From an uncultured Veillonellaceae bacterium (GTDB taxonomy: Bacteria > Bacillota > Negativicutes > JARBTT01): 64,000 nucleotides of DNA. The DNA is taken from the NCBI GenBank assembly GCA_963805085.1, contig CAWDTA010000001.1, positions 256,001 to 320,000 on the forward strand. The letters run 5' to 3'. How positions within the stretch are numbered: position 1 is the stretch's first letter; the number at the start of each line of letters is the position of its first letter. The translations under genes were made by a program, and so were the position numbers. Of the stretch, positions 8,662 through 21,836 are shown one piece after another. Under the pieces are notes generated by a model. That model made no database searches, had not been told where the DNA came from, and saw nothing but the letters and a program-made list of their open reading frames with translations.

Positions 8662-10605
8662 TTGAAAAAAAAGAAGAAAAGTAAAAATTTCTATAAAATA
8701 TTTGCAGTTTATGTCTGTAGTTTTTGTATTTTGCAGAGTAATGTAGAAGCGACAAATGCTGTTTCTGTTGTGGATGAAGCGAAAAATACGGCAATTTTTA
8801 TGCGTGAGTCAGCAAAAAATATTGCTGAGCACCGTAAAGCCGTTGCAGATGAAAAGCAAGCCGAAGTTGTTGCTGCTGATACTGCAAAGGATGTAGCACA
8901 GTTAGAAGCGGATAAAACTGTTACGGAAAAAACATTAGCCGATGCTATTGAAGTATTAAAGAAAAACGAGGAGAATGCTAAGTTGGCTGTTTTAGAGGCT
9001 AACGAAAAAGATCGTCTAGCAAAACAGGCAATGGCTGATGAAAAGGTAGCATTAGAGGAAAAAGCATTAGCTGAGCAAGCCGTAGACGAGGCAAAAGCTG
9101 AAGAAGATAGGATAACTTATCGAGAAAATGCAGCAGTTCGGGCGGCAGAAGCACAAGCGGCCGTAGCGAGTGAAGCTGGTGCCACAGAGGCTGTTAAAGC
9201 AGTTGGATACGATGAAACTAGAATTGATGAGGCTGAGCAAAAGGTGCAGGCTATTACTGATAGAGCGTATGCTGTCGCTGAAGCGAGAAGTTTAGCTGCT
9301 GAAGCTAGAGTGAATGAGGCAGCCAGTGCGGTCGAAGTGGCTGAGAAAAGGTTAGAAGAAGCCGAAGAAAGAATAGGCTTTGCAGCAGATGCTCGTTTGG
9401 ATGCCGACGAGGCCGAAAAATCTGCTCAAGAGGCAAAAAAAGATTTGTTGGAAGCAAAGTCAGATGTAGAAGAGCTTCGTACTAGCCTTGTTGAAGCGAA
9501 AAAAGAGTTAACACTTGCGCAAGCCGAACTTGTTGATGCACAATTGGTATTAGAAAATGCAAAAAAAGATTTGCAACCAGTCACGAATAGCCGTACTATG
9601 CAACTAGAAGCTAAATATTATTCTTGGAAGGATAACCAAGGCCATAGTGGACATCAGTTTTATCAGCCTTATGATTTTAATGTGGTTGATAAAAATACTG
9701 AATACGGATTACATACTGGTTACGTAGTGTCAAATAATAATTCAAATAGCAATGGAAATATTTCAACTTTGACAGATACGGTTGTTAATATTACTAAAAC
9801 AAATCCAAAAGAAAAGTATGCAGTTCATTATACTTTAGATGTTAATTTGCCAACAGGAAAGTCTAAGCTTAATGGTTCTGGACAAATAATGTCAGATGAT
9901 TTGGTAGAAAATGCTCGTTTCGGCGAAGGATTGAATTATACACCTGGTATTAGTGTCAGTCACAAAATTGGCGAAGAGGATACTTGGACTTTGGGCACTT
10001 CCTATGCTTTTCGCGGTAGTTATGAATATGATAGTACGATGCCTGGATCAAAGTTTGATCCGGGGACAGAATGGGCAAAAAGTCTTAATTGGCTACATGC
10101 AGGACAAAAATGGCAATTGCTCGGGGAGTTATCCCATACGAATTACGGAATGTCAGAAGAAAACGGAATTCAGTATAGGGAAGGAAATCAATTTGATGCA
10201 AAATTATTTTATAACTTTGTTTTAAATGCTAAACAAGATTTAATGGTTTATTATTGGTATTCGCTTGGTCGCCCTACTACGTACCCTATACCAGGTGATT
10301 ATGATGTAGAGAGTGATTTAACTCGTCACTATTTTGGTGCAGAATGGGCGAAAAAAATATCAACTACGCGAACTTTTCATGTGATGGCAAATGTAATGCA
10401 CAGTACAGGTAGCACTTATGACCCGATTGCCGCTTTATATGTAAATGATCGGACTAAATATAGTGGTGGTATTGGCTATGATGTTGCATTGTCACCTAAC
10501 CAAACGATGTCCCTTGCGGTTGAAAGTTTCTATATGAAAGATCATTCGCCAGATAATAGTTATCATGGTTGCAATTTATATTTAAGATATTCAGCAAATT
10601 TCTAA
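8662..10605 (+). CDS. Exported protein: signal peptide, ~270 aa coiled coil, C-terminal putative outer-membrane beta-barrel
   Basis: TTG start after GGGAGG; basic N-terminus and V-E-A cleavage site; Ala/Glu/Lys-rich helical region; aromatic-rich strands with LPTG; ends NLYLRYSANF (terminal Phe). Confidence 0.7.
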   Translation: MKKKKKSKNFYKIFAVYVCSFCILQSNVEATNAVSVVDEAKNTAIFMRESAKNIAEHRKAVADEKQAEVVAADTAKDVAQLEADKTVTEKTLADAIEVLKKNEENAKLAVLEANEKDRLAKQAMADEKVALEEKALAEQAVDEAKAEEDRITYRENAAVRAAEAQAAVASEAGATEAVKAVGYDETRIDEAEQKVQAITDRAYAVAEARSLAAEARVNEAASAVEVAEKRLEEAEERIGFAADARLDADEAEKSAQEAKKDLLEAKSDVEELRTSLVEAKKELTLAQAELVDAQLVLENAKKDLQPVTNSRTMQLEAKYYSWKDNQGHSGHQFYQPYDFNVVDKNTEYGLHTGYVVSNNNSNSNGNISTLTDTVVNITKTNPKEKYAVHYTLDVNLPTGKSKLNGSGQIMSDDLVENARFGEGLNYTPGISVSHKIGEEDTWTLGTSYAFRGSYEYDSTMPGSKFDPGTEWAKSLNWLHAGQKWQLLGELSHTNYGMSEENGIQYREGNQFDAKLFYNFVLNAKQDLMVYYWYSLGRPTTYPIPGDYDVESDLTRHYFGAEWAKKISTTRTFHVMANVMHSTGSTYDPIAALYVNDRTKYSGGIGYDVALSPNQTMSLAVESFYMKDHSPDNSYHGCNLYLRYSANF

Positions 10606-10640
10606 ATGGCAGAATATCTAAGCGTGAATGATAGAAAGGG

Positions 10641-11726
10641 GTGGTATGCAAAGTGCCAAAAGCTGTTCTACGATATATGTTAATCGTTTTAAGTTTCATA
10701 GCGTTTAGTTTGACTTTAGAGTTGACGTCGGCTACGAACACCCAAGATACAATGCTCACTTATTTACCGAAGCTGTATACCAGTCAAAGTGACACAAAAA
10801 AAGTTGAGGCTATGCAAAATATGGACTATAAAGAAAAGATGATTTCATTGATTGAGAAAATTAGCAAGTATTCAAAATCTAAAAATCAGTCTTTTCAGCT
10901 GATTGGTAATAATGGATTAGAGTTATTTCGAACCGAGGAAGTTGGTATGCAAAACGTAAATCGTATTCTTAGTAGTGTCGATGGAATTCTTTTAGAAGGT
11001 TTTTATTATGGCTGGGAAATGGAAGATGATAAAAGAACGTCAGCAGCAGTCCGAGCAATACTTAATCGAGGCTTAGAAATACCGGTAAGCAAGAACTTGC
11101 CAGTACTGAATATTGATTATTGTGATAGTATTCGAAAGGTTGAAAAATCTTACCAATTGAATGATGGTAGTAATTTTATTGACTTTGCGGCAAGTAATCG
11201 TGAACTGGATACGATTCCAACTGATCCACCTCAGATTTATAACGAGAACGACAATACGATTCGTGAGTTGAAGCAAGTAAAAAATTTTATTGCCTTACTT
11301 AATCCACAAAAATTTAAAACCAAGAAAAGTTATTTGGAAAGCTTAAAAAATACAAACTATGATTTACTGATTATTGATATGTATTTTGATGGAGAGCGTC
11401 TATTGCCGAGCGATGTGGAATCGCTCAAAGTGAAGAAAAATGGAGCGACTAGACTGGTATTTTCTTATATGAGTGTTGGTGAAATAGAAAATTATCGTCC
11501 GTATTGGAAGAGTGAATGGTCAAAGAATCCACCTAAATGGATTGCTGAGATAAATCCAGACTGGGATGGTAATTTTAAAGTCAAATATTGGAATAAAGAG
11601 TGGGAAAATATTCTATTTGGTTTTCCTGATTCTTATTTAGATCTTATCTTGGCATCAAAATTTGATGGGGCATTTATGGATGTGATTGATGCCTTTGAGT
11701 ATTTTGAGAGTAAAGATAATGAATAA
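10641..11726 (+). CDS. Endo-alpha-1,4-polygalactosaminidase-like hydrolase (GH114/GH166, PelA-hydrolase equivalent)
   Basis: YMSVGEIENYRPYW, NPDWDGNFKVKYW and FDGAFMD motifs; N-terminal hydrophobic segment; exact start uncertain. Confidence 0.8.
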   Translation: MVCKVPKAVLRYMLIVLSFIAFSLTLELTSATNTQDTMLTYLPKLYTSQSDTKKVEAMQNMDYKEKMISLIEKISKYSKSKNQSFQLIGNNGLELFRTEEVGMQNVNRILSSVDGILLEGFYYGWEMEDDKRTSAAVRAILNRGLEIPVSKNLPVLNIDYCDSIRKVEKSYQLNDGSNFIDFAASNRELDTIPTDPPQIYNENDNTIRELKQVKNFIALLNPQKFKTKKSYLESLKNTNYDLLIIDMYFDGERLLPSDVESLKVKKNGATRLVFSYMSVGEIENYRPYWKSEWSKNPPKWIAEINPDWDGNFKVKYWNKEWENILFGFPDSYLDLILASKFDGAFMDVIDAFEYFESKDNE

Positions 11727-11742
11727 CTTAAATCCCAGCAAC

Positions 11743-11782
11743 AAAAATGGAGTTATTACAAAACTGTAACAACTCCATTTTT
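11743..11782. terminator. Bidirectional intrinsic terminator
   Basis: AAAAATGGAGTT...AACTCCATTTTT inverted repeat between convergent genes. Confidence 0.8.
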
Positions 11783-11792
11783 ATGTATTATT

Positions 11793-13787
11793 TTAAACTT
11801 TAAATTTATTTACTGCTTCTGCTAATTCCTGTGCTAAGTTAGAAAGTTCATTGCTCGAGGCGGAAATTTCTTGCATAGTAGCGGATTGTTCTTCTGTAGT
11901 CGCAGAAATGCTTTGTGTTTGTTCAGAGCTTTGTTTGCTCATATGATCAATTTCATTAACTGCAGTAACGATTTTTACGCGTTCATTCTCAATATCTTCA
12001 ACTTTATTCGAGATTTGATTGATTTTCTCTGTAGTAGCAGCAATTACTTGAGCGATCTCTTGAAAGGCTAGGCCAGCATCATTAACCACTTTTGTGCCAA
12101 TTTCAGCTTGGTCAGTTTCTTCCTTCATACCCGATATTACAGTTTCAGTTTCGTGCTGAATGTCATTGATCAATAAAGTTATTTCATGCGCGGCCTCTTG
12201 TGATTGCTCGGCTAATTTGCGGACTTCTTCAGCGACAACCGAGAAACCACGTCCTTGCTCGCCAGCTCTAGCCGCTTCAATAGCAGCATTTAAGGCAAGT
12301 AGATTGGTTTGAGCAGCAATATTAGAAATGGTATCAATAATTTGGCCAATCTGTGTGGATTTTTCACCCAGTTGATTTGCTCGTTTTGTAGATTCGATGA
12401 CTGATGATTGAATATTGCCCATTTGGTCAATGGCTTTTTCAATCGATACATTACCAGTGGCAATTGTTTTTGTTGCTGTTGTCGTTTGTTCGGATACTGT
12501 TTGTACATTTTCAGTTACAGAATGGATATGTTCCGAGATGTTATTCACTAGATGATGCGTATTTTCAACCTGTAACATTTGTGATTCAGCATTGGTGGCA
12601 ACAAGAGATATTGCTTCAGCTGAAGTTGCGGCACCTTGCGACACTTCTTCACTGCTTGAAGTAAGTTCTTCGCTGGCGGCACTTACTTTTTCGGCACTGA
12701 CTTGAATTTTTTTCGTTAGGGTTCTTAATTGGTTCACCATATTATTATAAGAATGGCCTAATGCACCAATCTCATCTTCTGCATAAACTGTAATGGTTTG
12801 CGTTAAATCACCGTCAGCAACTAATTTTGTCTTTTCTGCCAGAACTCTCATTGGTTGCGTTAATATTTTGGTTAAAACAAAGGCAATGATAACAACAAAA
12901 AATGTAGTTGCTAAACAAGTAAATAGTGAAAAAATAAGTTGTTTGCGAGAATTTGAGATTGAATCGCTTTTACTCGTTTCAGCGACTACCGACCAGTGGG
13001 ATTGATTAATTGGGGCATAACCGGCAATGGTATCTACACCGTCTGGCGTAGTATAATCAACAGCACCAGAATTGGTTAACATAGCGTTAGCTACCGGTTC
13101 TAATTTATCGACACTGGTGATATTTTTTACCAACTCTTCATTAGGATGAACCAGTAAAGTTCCTTTAGAATCAGCTAAGAAGGCATAGCCTAATTGATTC
13201 TTTTTTGCATTTGTCATTATATTTTTAAGAATACTTAAATCCATAGTCGCAGAAATAGAACCGATTACTTTATCTTGTGAATTTTTAATGGGAACAGAAA
13301 GCACAAAGATCGCTTTGTTATCGGCTTTAGAATAGATCAAATCACTTACGGATACTTGAGCAGAACCATTTAATATGGGTTTTATGTATGAACGATCGCT
13401 CCCGTTTTGATTATTACCAGCGTTGCGGGCGATTTGCTGTCCAGTGGTATCACAGATAAACATATCGCTAATATCTGGAAAGCTTGTCTTGAAAGATTGT
13501 AATAAAGGAATTAAATCCTGCGGATTCATTGCCTGAACCGTGGGTAGTTTTGTCATTGATCTAAGTAGATTAACTCTGCTTAATAGCATGTCATCGATTT
13601 CCTTAGCGGTATTGATAGCGGTATTTTGATTTAGCGTATGCGCAGTTTCTGTTTCAGCATTATAAGAGATTATACTATTAAAAATAGTAACAATGAATAG
13701 TGGGATGAGTGCGATTGTCGCAAACCCAAAGGTAAGCTTGGTTTTTAGTTTCGTTGTTCGATCGAGAGTTTTTAAAAATGTGAACAT
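11793..13787 (-). CDS. Methyl-accepting chemotaxis protein (dCache, HAMP, signalling domain)
   Basis: Two TM helices, Cache-like region, DEIG HAMP motif, [23 protein letters not shown]. Confidence 0.93.
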   Translation of the reverse strand: MFTFLKTLDRTTKLKTKLTFGFATIALIPLFIVTIFNSIISYNAETETAHTLNQNTAINTAKEIDDMLLSRVNLLRSMTKLPTVQAMNPQDLIPLLQSFKTSFPDISDMFICDTTGQQIARNAGNNQNGSDRSYIKPILNGSAQVSVSDLIYSKADNKAIFVLSVPIKNSQDKVIGSISATMDLSILKNIMTNAKKNQLGYAFLADSKGTLLVHPNEELVKNITSVDKLEPVANAMLTNSGAVDYTTPDGVDTIAGYAPINQSHWSVVAETSKSDSISNSRKQLIFSLFTCLATTFFVVIIAFVLTKILTQPMRVLAEKTKLVADGDLTQTITVYAEDEIGALGHSYNNMVNQLRTLTKKIQVSAEKVSAASEELTSSSEEVSQGAATSAEAISLVATNAESQMLQVENTHHLVNNISEHIHSVTENVQTVSEQTTTATKTIATGNVSIEKAIDQMGNIQSSVIESTKRANQLGEKSTQIGQIIDTISNIAAQTNLLALNAAIEAARAGEQGRGFSVVAEEVRKLAEQSQEAAHEITLLINDIQHETETVISGMKEETDQAEIGTKVVNDAGLAFQEIAQVIAATTEKINQISNKVEDIENERVKIVTAVNEIDHMSKQSSEQTQSISATTEEQSATMQEISASSNELSNLAQELAEAVNKFKV

Positions 13788-13872
13788 CTGAATTCAACCC
13801 TTTCAAAATAAATGTTGTATATAGGCTGTGATTAATAAATTAATATAAAACATAACTTGCACTTTACTTTAT

Positions 13873-13898
13873 ATTCTACTAATACCTACGATATCCTT
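13873..13898 (-). promoter_or_regulatory. Possible SigH-type promoter of the MCP gene
   Basis: Minus strand AAGGATAT-N11-GTAGAAT fits the AGGAWWW-N11/12-RNNGAAT pattern. Confidence 0.4.
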
Positions 13899-13971
13899 TG
13901 AAAAACTATAAAAGACAAATTAGCAATAGGTATTTTGTACTGATCATAAATGAAAATCAATGCTCTGATTT

Positions 13972-14754
13972 TTATTTATGATACATATATGCATCATATT
14001 TTTCTTTCATTTGCTCACGATTTTGCGTATTTGGCCAAAGTTCAATAACAGCGTTGTCACGCATGCCTGCAGCTAAATGAGAATAAAGCATTGGATTATC
14101 TTTGCCTAGAGAGGCGATTAATTCTTTGATTTCTTGCCGCTTTGTTTTGCCGTTGATTGGACAAGGGCTATCAATCGGATGAAAGCCGTGAATAGAGATG
14201 GTATCACGTATTTCTGCTTCTCTAAAATAAACAAGCGGACGGATGACGGTCAACCCACTGCGATCAAGATAGGTTCTAGGCAGGAACGTTTTTAACTGTC
14301 CAGAGTAGAGTAAACTCATCAAAAAGGTTTCTACAGCATCATCATTATGATGGGCATAAGCAATTTTATTGAAACCATTTTCTTTAGCAAAGCGATTGAT
14401 CGCACCACGGCGAAAAAACGCACAGGTAAAACAAGGATCTTTGCCATTCTGTTCCTTAATTGTTCCAGCAATATCGACGGCTTGGGTGTAAAAGGGGATA
14501 TCTAGATTGTTACAAAATTTTTCAATCTTAGAGCTGCTAAAATCATTTGTAAACATTGGATCTATTGTGATTGCAGCAAGATCAAATTTTTTTGGCAAAC
14601 GCTCCCGCATCACAGCCAATGCATACGTTAAAAAGGTACTATCCTTGCCGCCTGATAAACCTATAAGAATTTTATCATTTTCTTCAATTAAATTAAATTC
14701 TATAATAGCGCGCATCAATCGGCTAAAGTGTGTTTGTGGTAAGTTGATTTTCAT
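13972..14754 (-). CDS. ttcA: tRNA 2-thiocytidine biosynthesis TtcA family protein
   Basis: PP-loop SGGKDS, CFTC, AHHNDD, IRPL; ATG at 14754 follows GAGGTG. Confidence 0.85.
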   Translation of the reverse strand: MKINLPQTHFSRLMRAIIEFNLIEENDKILIGLSGGKDSTFLTYALAVMRERLPKKFDLAAITIDPMFTNDFSSSKIEKFCNNLDIPFYTQAVDIAGTIKEQNGKDPCFTCAFFRRGAINRFAKENGFNKIAYAHHNDDAVETFLMSLLYSGQLKTFLPRTYLDRSGLTVIRPLVYFREAEIRDTISIHGFHPIDSPCPINGKTKRQEIKELIASLGKDNPMLYSHLAAGMRDNAVIELWPNTQNREQMKEKYDAYMYHK

Positions 14755-15000
14755 AAGACACCTCAATCAGTTAAAATAATTTTTATTTCAACATTATAGT
14801 CTATTATTACTGGTATGTGCAAAATAAAAGCAATAAATGTTTAATAAATAAAAAAAAATGATAATAATATAGTGATTGACCTTTTCTAAGTAAGGTAATA
14901 TGTCGTATAATGATAAATAAACGAAAATCATGATAATGTTCGATGTAATTTATTGTAGTTAACTATTGATCACTAATTGATTAATTATTTGGAGGTATAT

Positions 15001-16641
15001 ATGAAAGCAAGTAAGCCTATTTATACGATTGGCCATCGTAATCCTGATACGGATTCCATTTGTTCTGCAATTGGCTATGCACATTTAAAAAGAAGTCTAG
15101 GTGAAAATGTTGAGGCTGCAAGAGCTGGTAAAATCAATGCAGAGACGAAATACGTGTTAGAAACATTTAAAATGGAAACACCAAAACTAATTACGGATTT
15201 ATATCCTCGTGTAAAGGATGTCACTTTAGATTGCAAAGTGGTAGTAAAAGAAAATGATACTTTGCGTACATTAGGTGAAGTAATGCGTGGCAACGGTGTT
15301 AAATCTGTACCAGTTGTTGATAAAAATAGAAAATTAATTGGAATCGTAACGGTAAGTGATCTTGCGAAACGTTATTTTAATGAACTTAGTATGCAAAACT
15401 TGGCTGAAGCAAATGTGACACTAAGCTCTATTGCTGCCGTGATCGATGGCGAAGTGATCAATGAAGGAAATTTGAATGCGAAGATCACAGGTAATGTTAG
15501 AATCGCTGCAGGTAGTAACAATACAATTCGTAAAGTAATTAAAACAGGTGATGTTGTATTAGTGGGTGATCGTAATGATGAAGCAATGATGACTTGTGTA
15601 AATCAAAATATTTCTTGCCTAGTTGTTACTGGGTCCGGCGAAGTATCAGGCGCCGTTTTATCACTGGCAGAGGAAAAAAACTTAATTGTTATTACGTCAC
15701 CATATGATACATATACTTGTGCTAGATTAGTGAATCAATGTATTCCAGTTAGTATGATTATGCAAAAGAATATTACCAGCTTCAAACCAACAGATATGTT
15801 GAGCGATATCAAAGAAACCATGGAATCAACGCAATTTAGAAATTATCCAGTTGTGGAAAATGACAAATTAGTTGGGGTCGTAAGCAGGGATCAATTGATT
15901 GTTCCAGAGCGCGAAAGAGTTATCTTAGTCGATCATAATGAACGTTCCCAAGCAGTAGAGGGAATTGAAGAAGCCAAAATTATTGAAATTATCGATCATC
16001 ACCGTCTTGGTGGGATTCAAACAAGTGAGCCAATTTTTACGCGGCAAGAACCAGTTGGTTGTACAGCGACAATCGTGGCCAATATGTACTGGCATCGCAA
16101 TGTAGAAATCCCTGCCAGTATTGCGGGATTATTATTGTCGGCGATCATTTCTGATACGGTATTGTTTAAATCTCCAACTTGTACTTCAGTTGATAAAGAA
16201 ATTGCCGAAAAATTAGCGCAGATTGCTGGCGTCGACATCATGAAACACGGAGTGGCACTGTTAAAAGCTGGTTCTGGTATTGGTGATATGAGTCCGACTG
16301 AAGTTGCAAAAAATGATTTAAAGGAATTCCAAATTGGCGAGTATCGTATGATTGTTAGTCAAATATCAGTTATGGATACCTCGGAAGTTCTTGCAATTAA
16401 AGATGAGCTACTTACTTGTATGGAAAATATCTGTAGAATTGAAGGGTATGATATGAGCTTATTAATGATAACTGATATCATTGCTGAAGGGACAGATTTA
16501 TTGTTCACGGGTAAGCCAAAAACCATTATTGCTGAAGCATTTGGTAAACCTGCAAGTGGTAATCTAATAAGTCTACCAGGCGTAATGTCTCGTAAAAAAC
16601 AAATTATTCCACCAATGGTCGAAGCAGCGGGAAGACATTAA
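15001..16641 (+). CDS. ppaC: Family II Mn-dependent inorganic pyrophosphatase with CBS-DRTGG insert
   Basis: GHRNPDTDS, VDHNE, IDHH and SRKKQ motifs; central CBS/DRTGG insert; ATG after GGAGG. Confidence 0.92.
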   Translation: MKASKPIYTIGHRNPDTDSICSAIGYAHLKRSLGENVEAARAGKINAETKYVLETFKMETPKLITDLYPRVKDVTLDCKVVVKENDTLRTLGEVMRGNGVKSVPVVDKNRKLIGIVTVSDLAKRYFNELSMQNLAEANVTLSSIAAVIDGEVINEGNLNAKITGNVRIAAGSNNTIRKVIKTGDVVLVGDRNDEAMMTCVNQNISCLVVTGSGEVSGAVLSLAEEKNLIVITSPYDTYTCARLVNQCIPVSMIMQKNITSFKPTDMLSDIKETMESTQFRNYPVVENDKLVGVVSRDQLIVPERERVILVDHNERSQAVEGIEEAKIIEIIDHHRLGGIQTSEPIFTRQEPVGCTATIVANMYWHRNVEIPASIAGLLLSAIISDTVLFKSPTCTSVDKEIAEKLAQIAGVDIMKHGVALLKAGSGIGDMSPTEVAKNDLKEFQIGEYRMIVSQISVMDTSEVLAIKDELLTCMENICRIEGYDMSLLMITDIIAEGTDLLFTGKPKTIIAEAFGKPASGNLISLPGVMSRKKQIIPPMVEAAGRH

Positions 16642-16656
16642 TTTTTATATAATTTT

Positions 16657-16697
16657 TTAACCTCTGGAGGCTAAGCGTATTAGCTTTCAGAGGTTAA
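16657..16697. terminator. Stem-loop after ppaC
   Basis: TTAACCTCTGGAGGCTAA-GCGTA-TTAGCTTTCAGAGGTTAA; no long T tail on the plus strand. Confidence 0.55.
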
Positions 16698-16775
16698 GTA
16701 TTCCTAGTGGAAAGATCGGTTTTGTAAATAGTTCGCATATTTGCAAAAAAAATGCTGAAAATATGGAGGAGAACA

Positions 16776-18998
16776 TTGAATATTTTTGAAGGTTTAAACC
16801 CGGCCCAAAGAGAAGCCGTTGAACATACCCAAGGTCCATTGCTCATTATGGCAGGTGCGGGCTCAGGAAAAACAAAGGTGCTTACTTGCAAAATTGCAAA
16901 TTTATTAGATCAAGATATCGCACCATACAATATCTTGGCGATTACGTTTACCAATAAAGCTGCTGCTGAAATGCGTGAACGTGTTGATAAATTAATCGGT
17001 AGTAAAGCGAAAGATGTATGGCTTAGTACGTTCCATTCTTTTTGCGCCCGTTTTTTACGTCGTGAAATTGAAGCCATAGATGGCTATAAACGTAATTTTG
17101 TTATTTATGATTCGAGTGATTCTCAAACAGTCATCAAATCTTGTTTAAAAGAGTTAAATTTAGATGAAAAACAATACACGCCAAATGGTATGCAATCGGC
17201 GATTTCTAGCGCGAAAAATACGCTAAAAGGTGTCCGTGAATTTGAACATGATGCTGACTCTTTTTTTATGGAAAAAGTCGCTGAAGTATATAAACTTTAT
17301 CAGAAAAAACTACACAGCAATAATGCTTTAGATTTTGATGATTTACTCATGGTTACAGTTGTATTATTGCAAGAGCATGAAGAGATCTTACAAAAATATC
17401 AAAATCGTTTTAAATATATCCTAATTGATGAGTATCAAGATACGAATGCAGCGCAATATTTGCTATCTAAATTACTAGCAGCAAGATATCGTAACCTTTG
17501 CGTTGTTGGGGATGCTGACCAAAGTATTTATGGCTGGCGTGGTGCTGATATTAGAAATATCATGGACTTTGAAAATGATTACCCAGAGGCAAAGGTAATT
17601 AAGCTGGAACAAAATTACCGTTCGACGAAAAGTATTTTAGCTGCAGCCAATGCAGTGATTGAACATAATATTGACCGTAAACCAAAGGAACTCTGGACAG
17701 AAAATAGTACCGGTGAAAAAATAACTTGTTATTTAGCAAATGATGAACGCGATGAAGCCCAATTTATTGCAACAACGATATTAAAACAAAAAACTATCTT
17801 TAATATTTCCTATGGTGATATGGCTGTCTTATATCGGACGAATTCGCAATCTCGTGTATTAGAAGAAGGTTTTATGAGAACAGGGATTCCGTATACGATG
17901 GTGGGCGGGTTAAAGTTCTATGACCGTAAGGAAATAAAAGATATCTTAGCATATTTGCGGGTGATTTTTAATCCTGCTGATACTGTAAGCTTAATGCGTA
18001 TCATCAATGTACCAAAACGTGGTCTTGGCGATGCGACGGTAGGTAAGCTAAATGATTTTGCTGCGCAAAACAATATGACACTATTTGACGTTGTTTCTAA
18101 TCCCGAGCTTGTACCAGGCTTGACTGCTAGAGTAAAAAGGCCACTAGAATTATTTGGTGAGTTTGTATTTAACATTATGGCGCATCAAAACAATCTTTCC
18201 TTAATGGAATTGATTGAACGCGTGATGAATGAGTCTGGTTATATTGCAGAATTGGAAGAGGAAAAGAAACCAGAAAATGAGACACGTATCGAAAACTTAA
18301 AAGAACTACTTAGTGTAGCGAAAGATTTTGCTAAGAGTGGTGAAATTCCAAACCTAGAAAATTTCTTGAGTAATGTTGCACTGGTTTCTGATATAGATAA
18401 TGCTGATCTTGAAGAAGAACGCGTGACGATGATGACACTTCACTCAGCAAAAGGACTAGAGTTTCCTACCGTATTTATGGCTGGTATGGAAGAAGGTTTA
18501 TTCCCGCATTCCCGAACCTTAATGAATGAAACAGAGATTGAAGAAGAACGCCGTACGTGTTACGTTGGTATTACACGTGCTAGACGCAAACTTTATTTAA
18601 CCAATGCAAAGGCGCGGACAATTTACGGTAAAACGCTATGCTATCCGCAGTCACGTTTCTTAGGCGAAATTCCGGAGGAGTATCTAGAACGCTTAGTTGT
18701 TCGTGCGAATAACTATGGCTTTACCAATTCTAATAATAATCAGATTGGCTTTAGCGGCAGTTTTAGACCAACGAATCAAATGCAAACTGCTCCAACCGTA
18801 AATACGACTGGATCAGCGATCAAACCAGATAATAGTGTTAGCTGGCGTGCCGGTGATAAAGCGAAACATGGTAAATGGGGCATTGGTACCGTTGTAACGG
18901 TAAAAGGCAGTGGTGAAGAAGTGGAATTGCAAATTGCGTTCCCAGACCAAGGCATCAAATCCTTAATGCAAAAATATGCACCGATAACCAAAGCATAA
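16776..18998 (+). CDS. pcrA: ATP-dependent DNA helicase PcrA
   Basis: AGAGSGKT, DEYQD, VGDADQSIYGWRGA, HSAKGLEF, C-terminal Tudor-like domain; TTG start after GGAGGA. Confidence 0.96.
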   Translation: MNIFEGLNPAQREAVEHTQGPLLIMAGAGSGKTKVLTCKIANLLDQDIAPYNILAITFTNKAAAEMRERVDKLIGSKAKDVWLSTFHSFCARFLRREIEAIDGYKRNFVIYDSSDSQTVIKSCLKELNLDEKQYTPNGMQSAISSAKNTLKGVREFEHDADSFFMEKVAEVYKLYQKKLHSNNALDFDDLLMVTVVLLQEHEEILQKYQNRFKYILIDEYQDTNAAQYLLSKLLAARYRNLCVVGDADQSIYGWRGADIRNIMDFENDYPEAKVIKLEQNYRSTKSILAAANAVIEHNIDRKPKELWTENSTGEKITCYLANDERDEAQFIATTILKQKTIFNISYGDMAVLYRTNSQSRVLEEGFMRTGIPYTMVGGLKFYDRKEIKDILAYLRVIFNPADTVSLMRIINVPKRGLGDATVGKLNDFAAQNNMTLFDVVSNPELVPGLTARVKRPLELFGEFVFNIMAHQNNLSLMELIERVMNESGYIAELEEEKKPENETRIENLKELLSVAKDFAKSGEIPNLENFLSNVALVSDIDNADLEEERVTMMTLHSAKGLEFPTVFMAGMEEGLFPHSRTLMNETEIEEERRTCYVGITRARRKLYLTNAKARTIYGKTLCYPQSRFLGEIPEEYLERLVVRANNYGFTNSNNNQIGFSGSFRPTNQMQTAPTVNTTGSAIKPDNSVSWRAGDKAKHGKWGIGTVVTVKGSGEEVELQIAFPDQGIKSLMQKYAPITKA

Positions 18999-19040
18999 TT
19001 TTATATTTTTTACTTTAATATGGGCGAACTTTGTTCGCCT

Positions 19041-21358
<2,318 letters not shown>

Positions 21359-21378
21359 GTAAAAGTCAAAAATAAATA

Positions 21379-21411
21379 AAAGCTACTTACCCCAAAAAAG
21401 TGAGTAGCTTT
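21379..21411 (+). terminator. Stem-loop after ligA
   Basis: AAAGCTACTTAC...GTGAGTAGCTTT. Confidence 0.6.
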
Positions 21412-21534
21412 CGCTTGTTTTAAGATTGAAAATTTTACATCGATTCATTAATATGATAAAATGAAGGGTAAAATTGTAATAGTATAGATTATTCATGCTA
21501 AGGCAATGATAGAGTAAAACTGGATGGTGAAAAA

Positions 21535-21825
21535 ATGAAAATTACGCGTAAAGATGTTGAGAATGTGGCATTGTTGTCACGCCTTGAAATTCCTGAAGTA
21601 GAAGTAGAAACGTATACTGGTCAGTTAAATGCATTTTTAGAATATGCGGATGTTTTGACTAGTCTTAATACAAAAGGTGTCGAACCAACTGCTCACGTAT
21701 TACCATTAAAAAATGTTTTTCGTGCCGATGAAGTAAAACCTTCCCTTGATCGTGAATTAGCATTATCCAATGCACCAGAACAAGAAAATGGCTACTTTAA
21801 AGTACCGAAAATTATGGAAGGTTAG
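21535..21825 (+). CDS. gatC: Asp/Glu-tRNA amidotransferase subunit C
   Basis: VALLSRL, NVFRAD and FKVPKI motifs; precedes gatA. Confidence 0.95.
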   Translation: MKITRKDVENVALLSRLEIPEVEVETYTGQLNAFLEYADVLTSLNTKGVEPTAHVLPLKNVFRADEVKPSLDRELALSNAPEQENGYFKVPKIMEG

Positions 21826-21836
21826 GAGGAACACCA

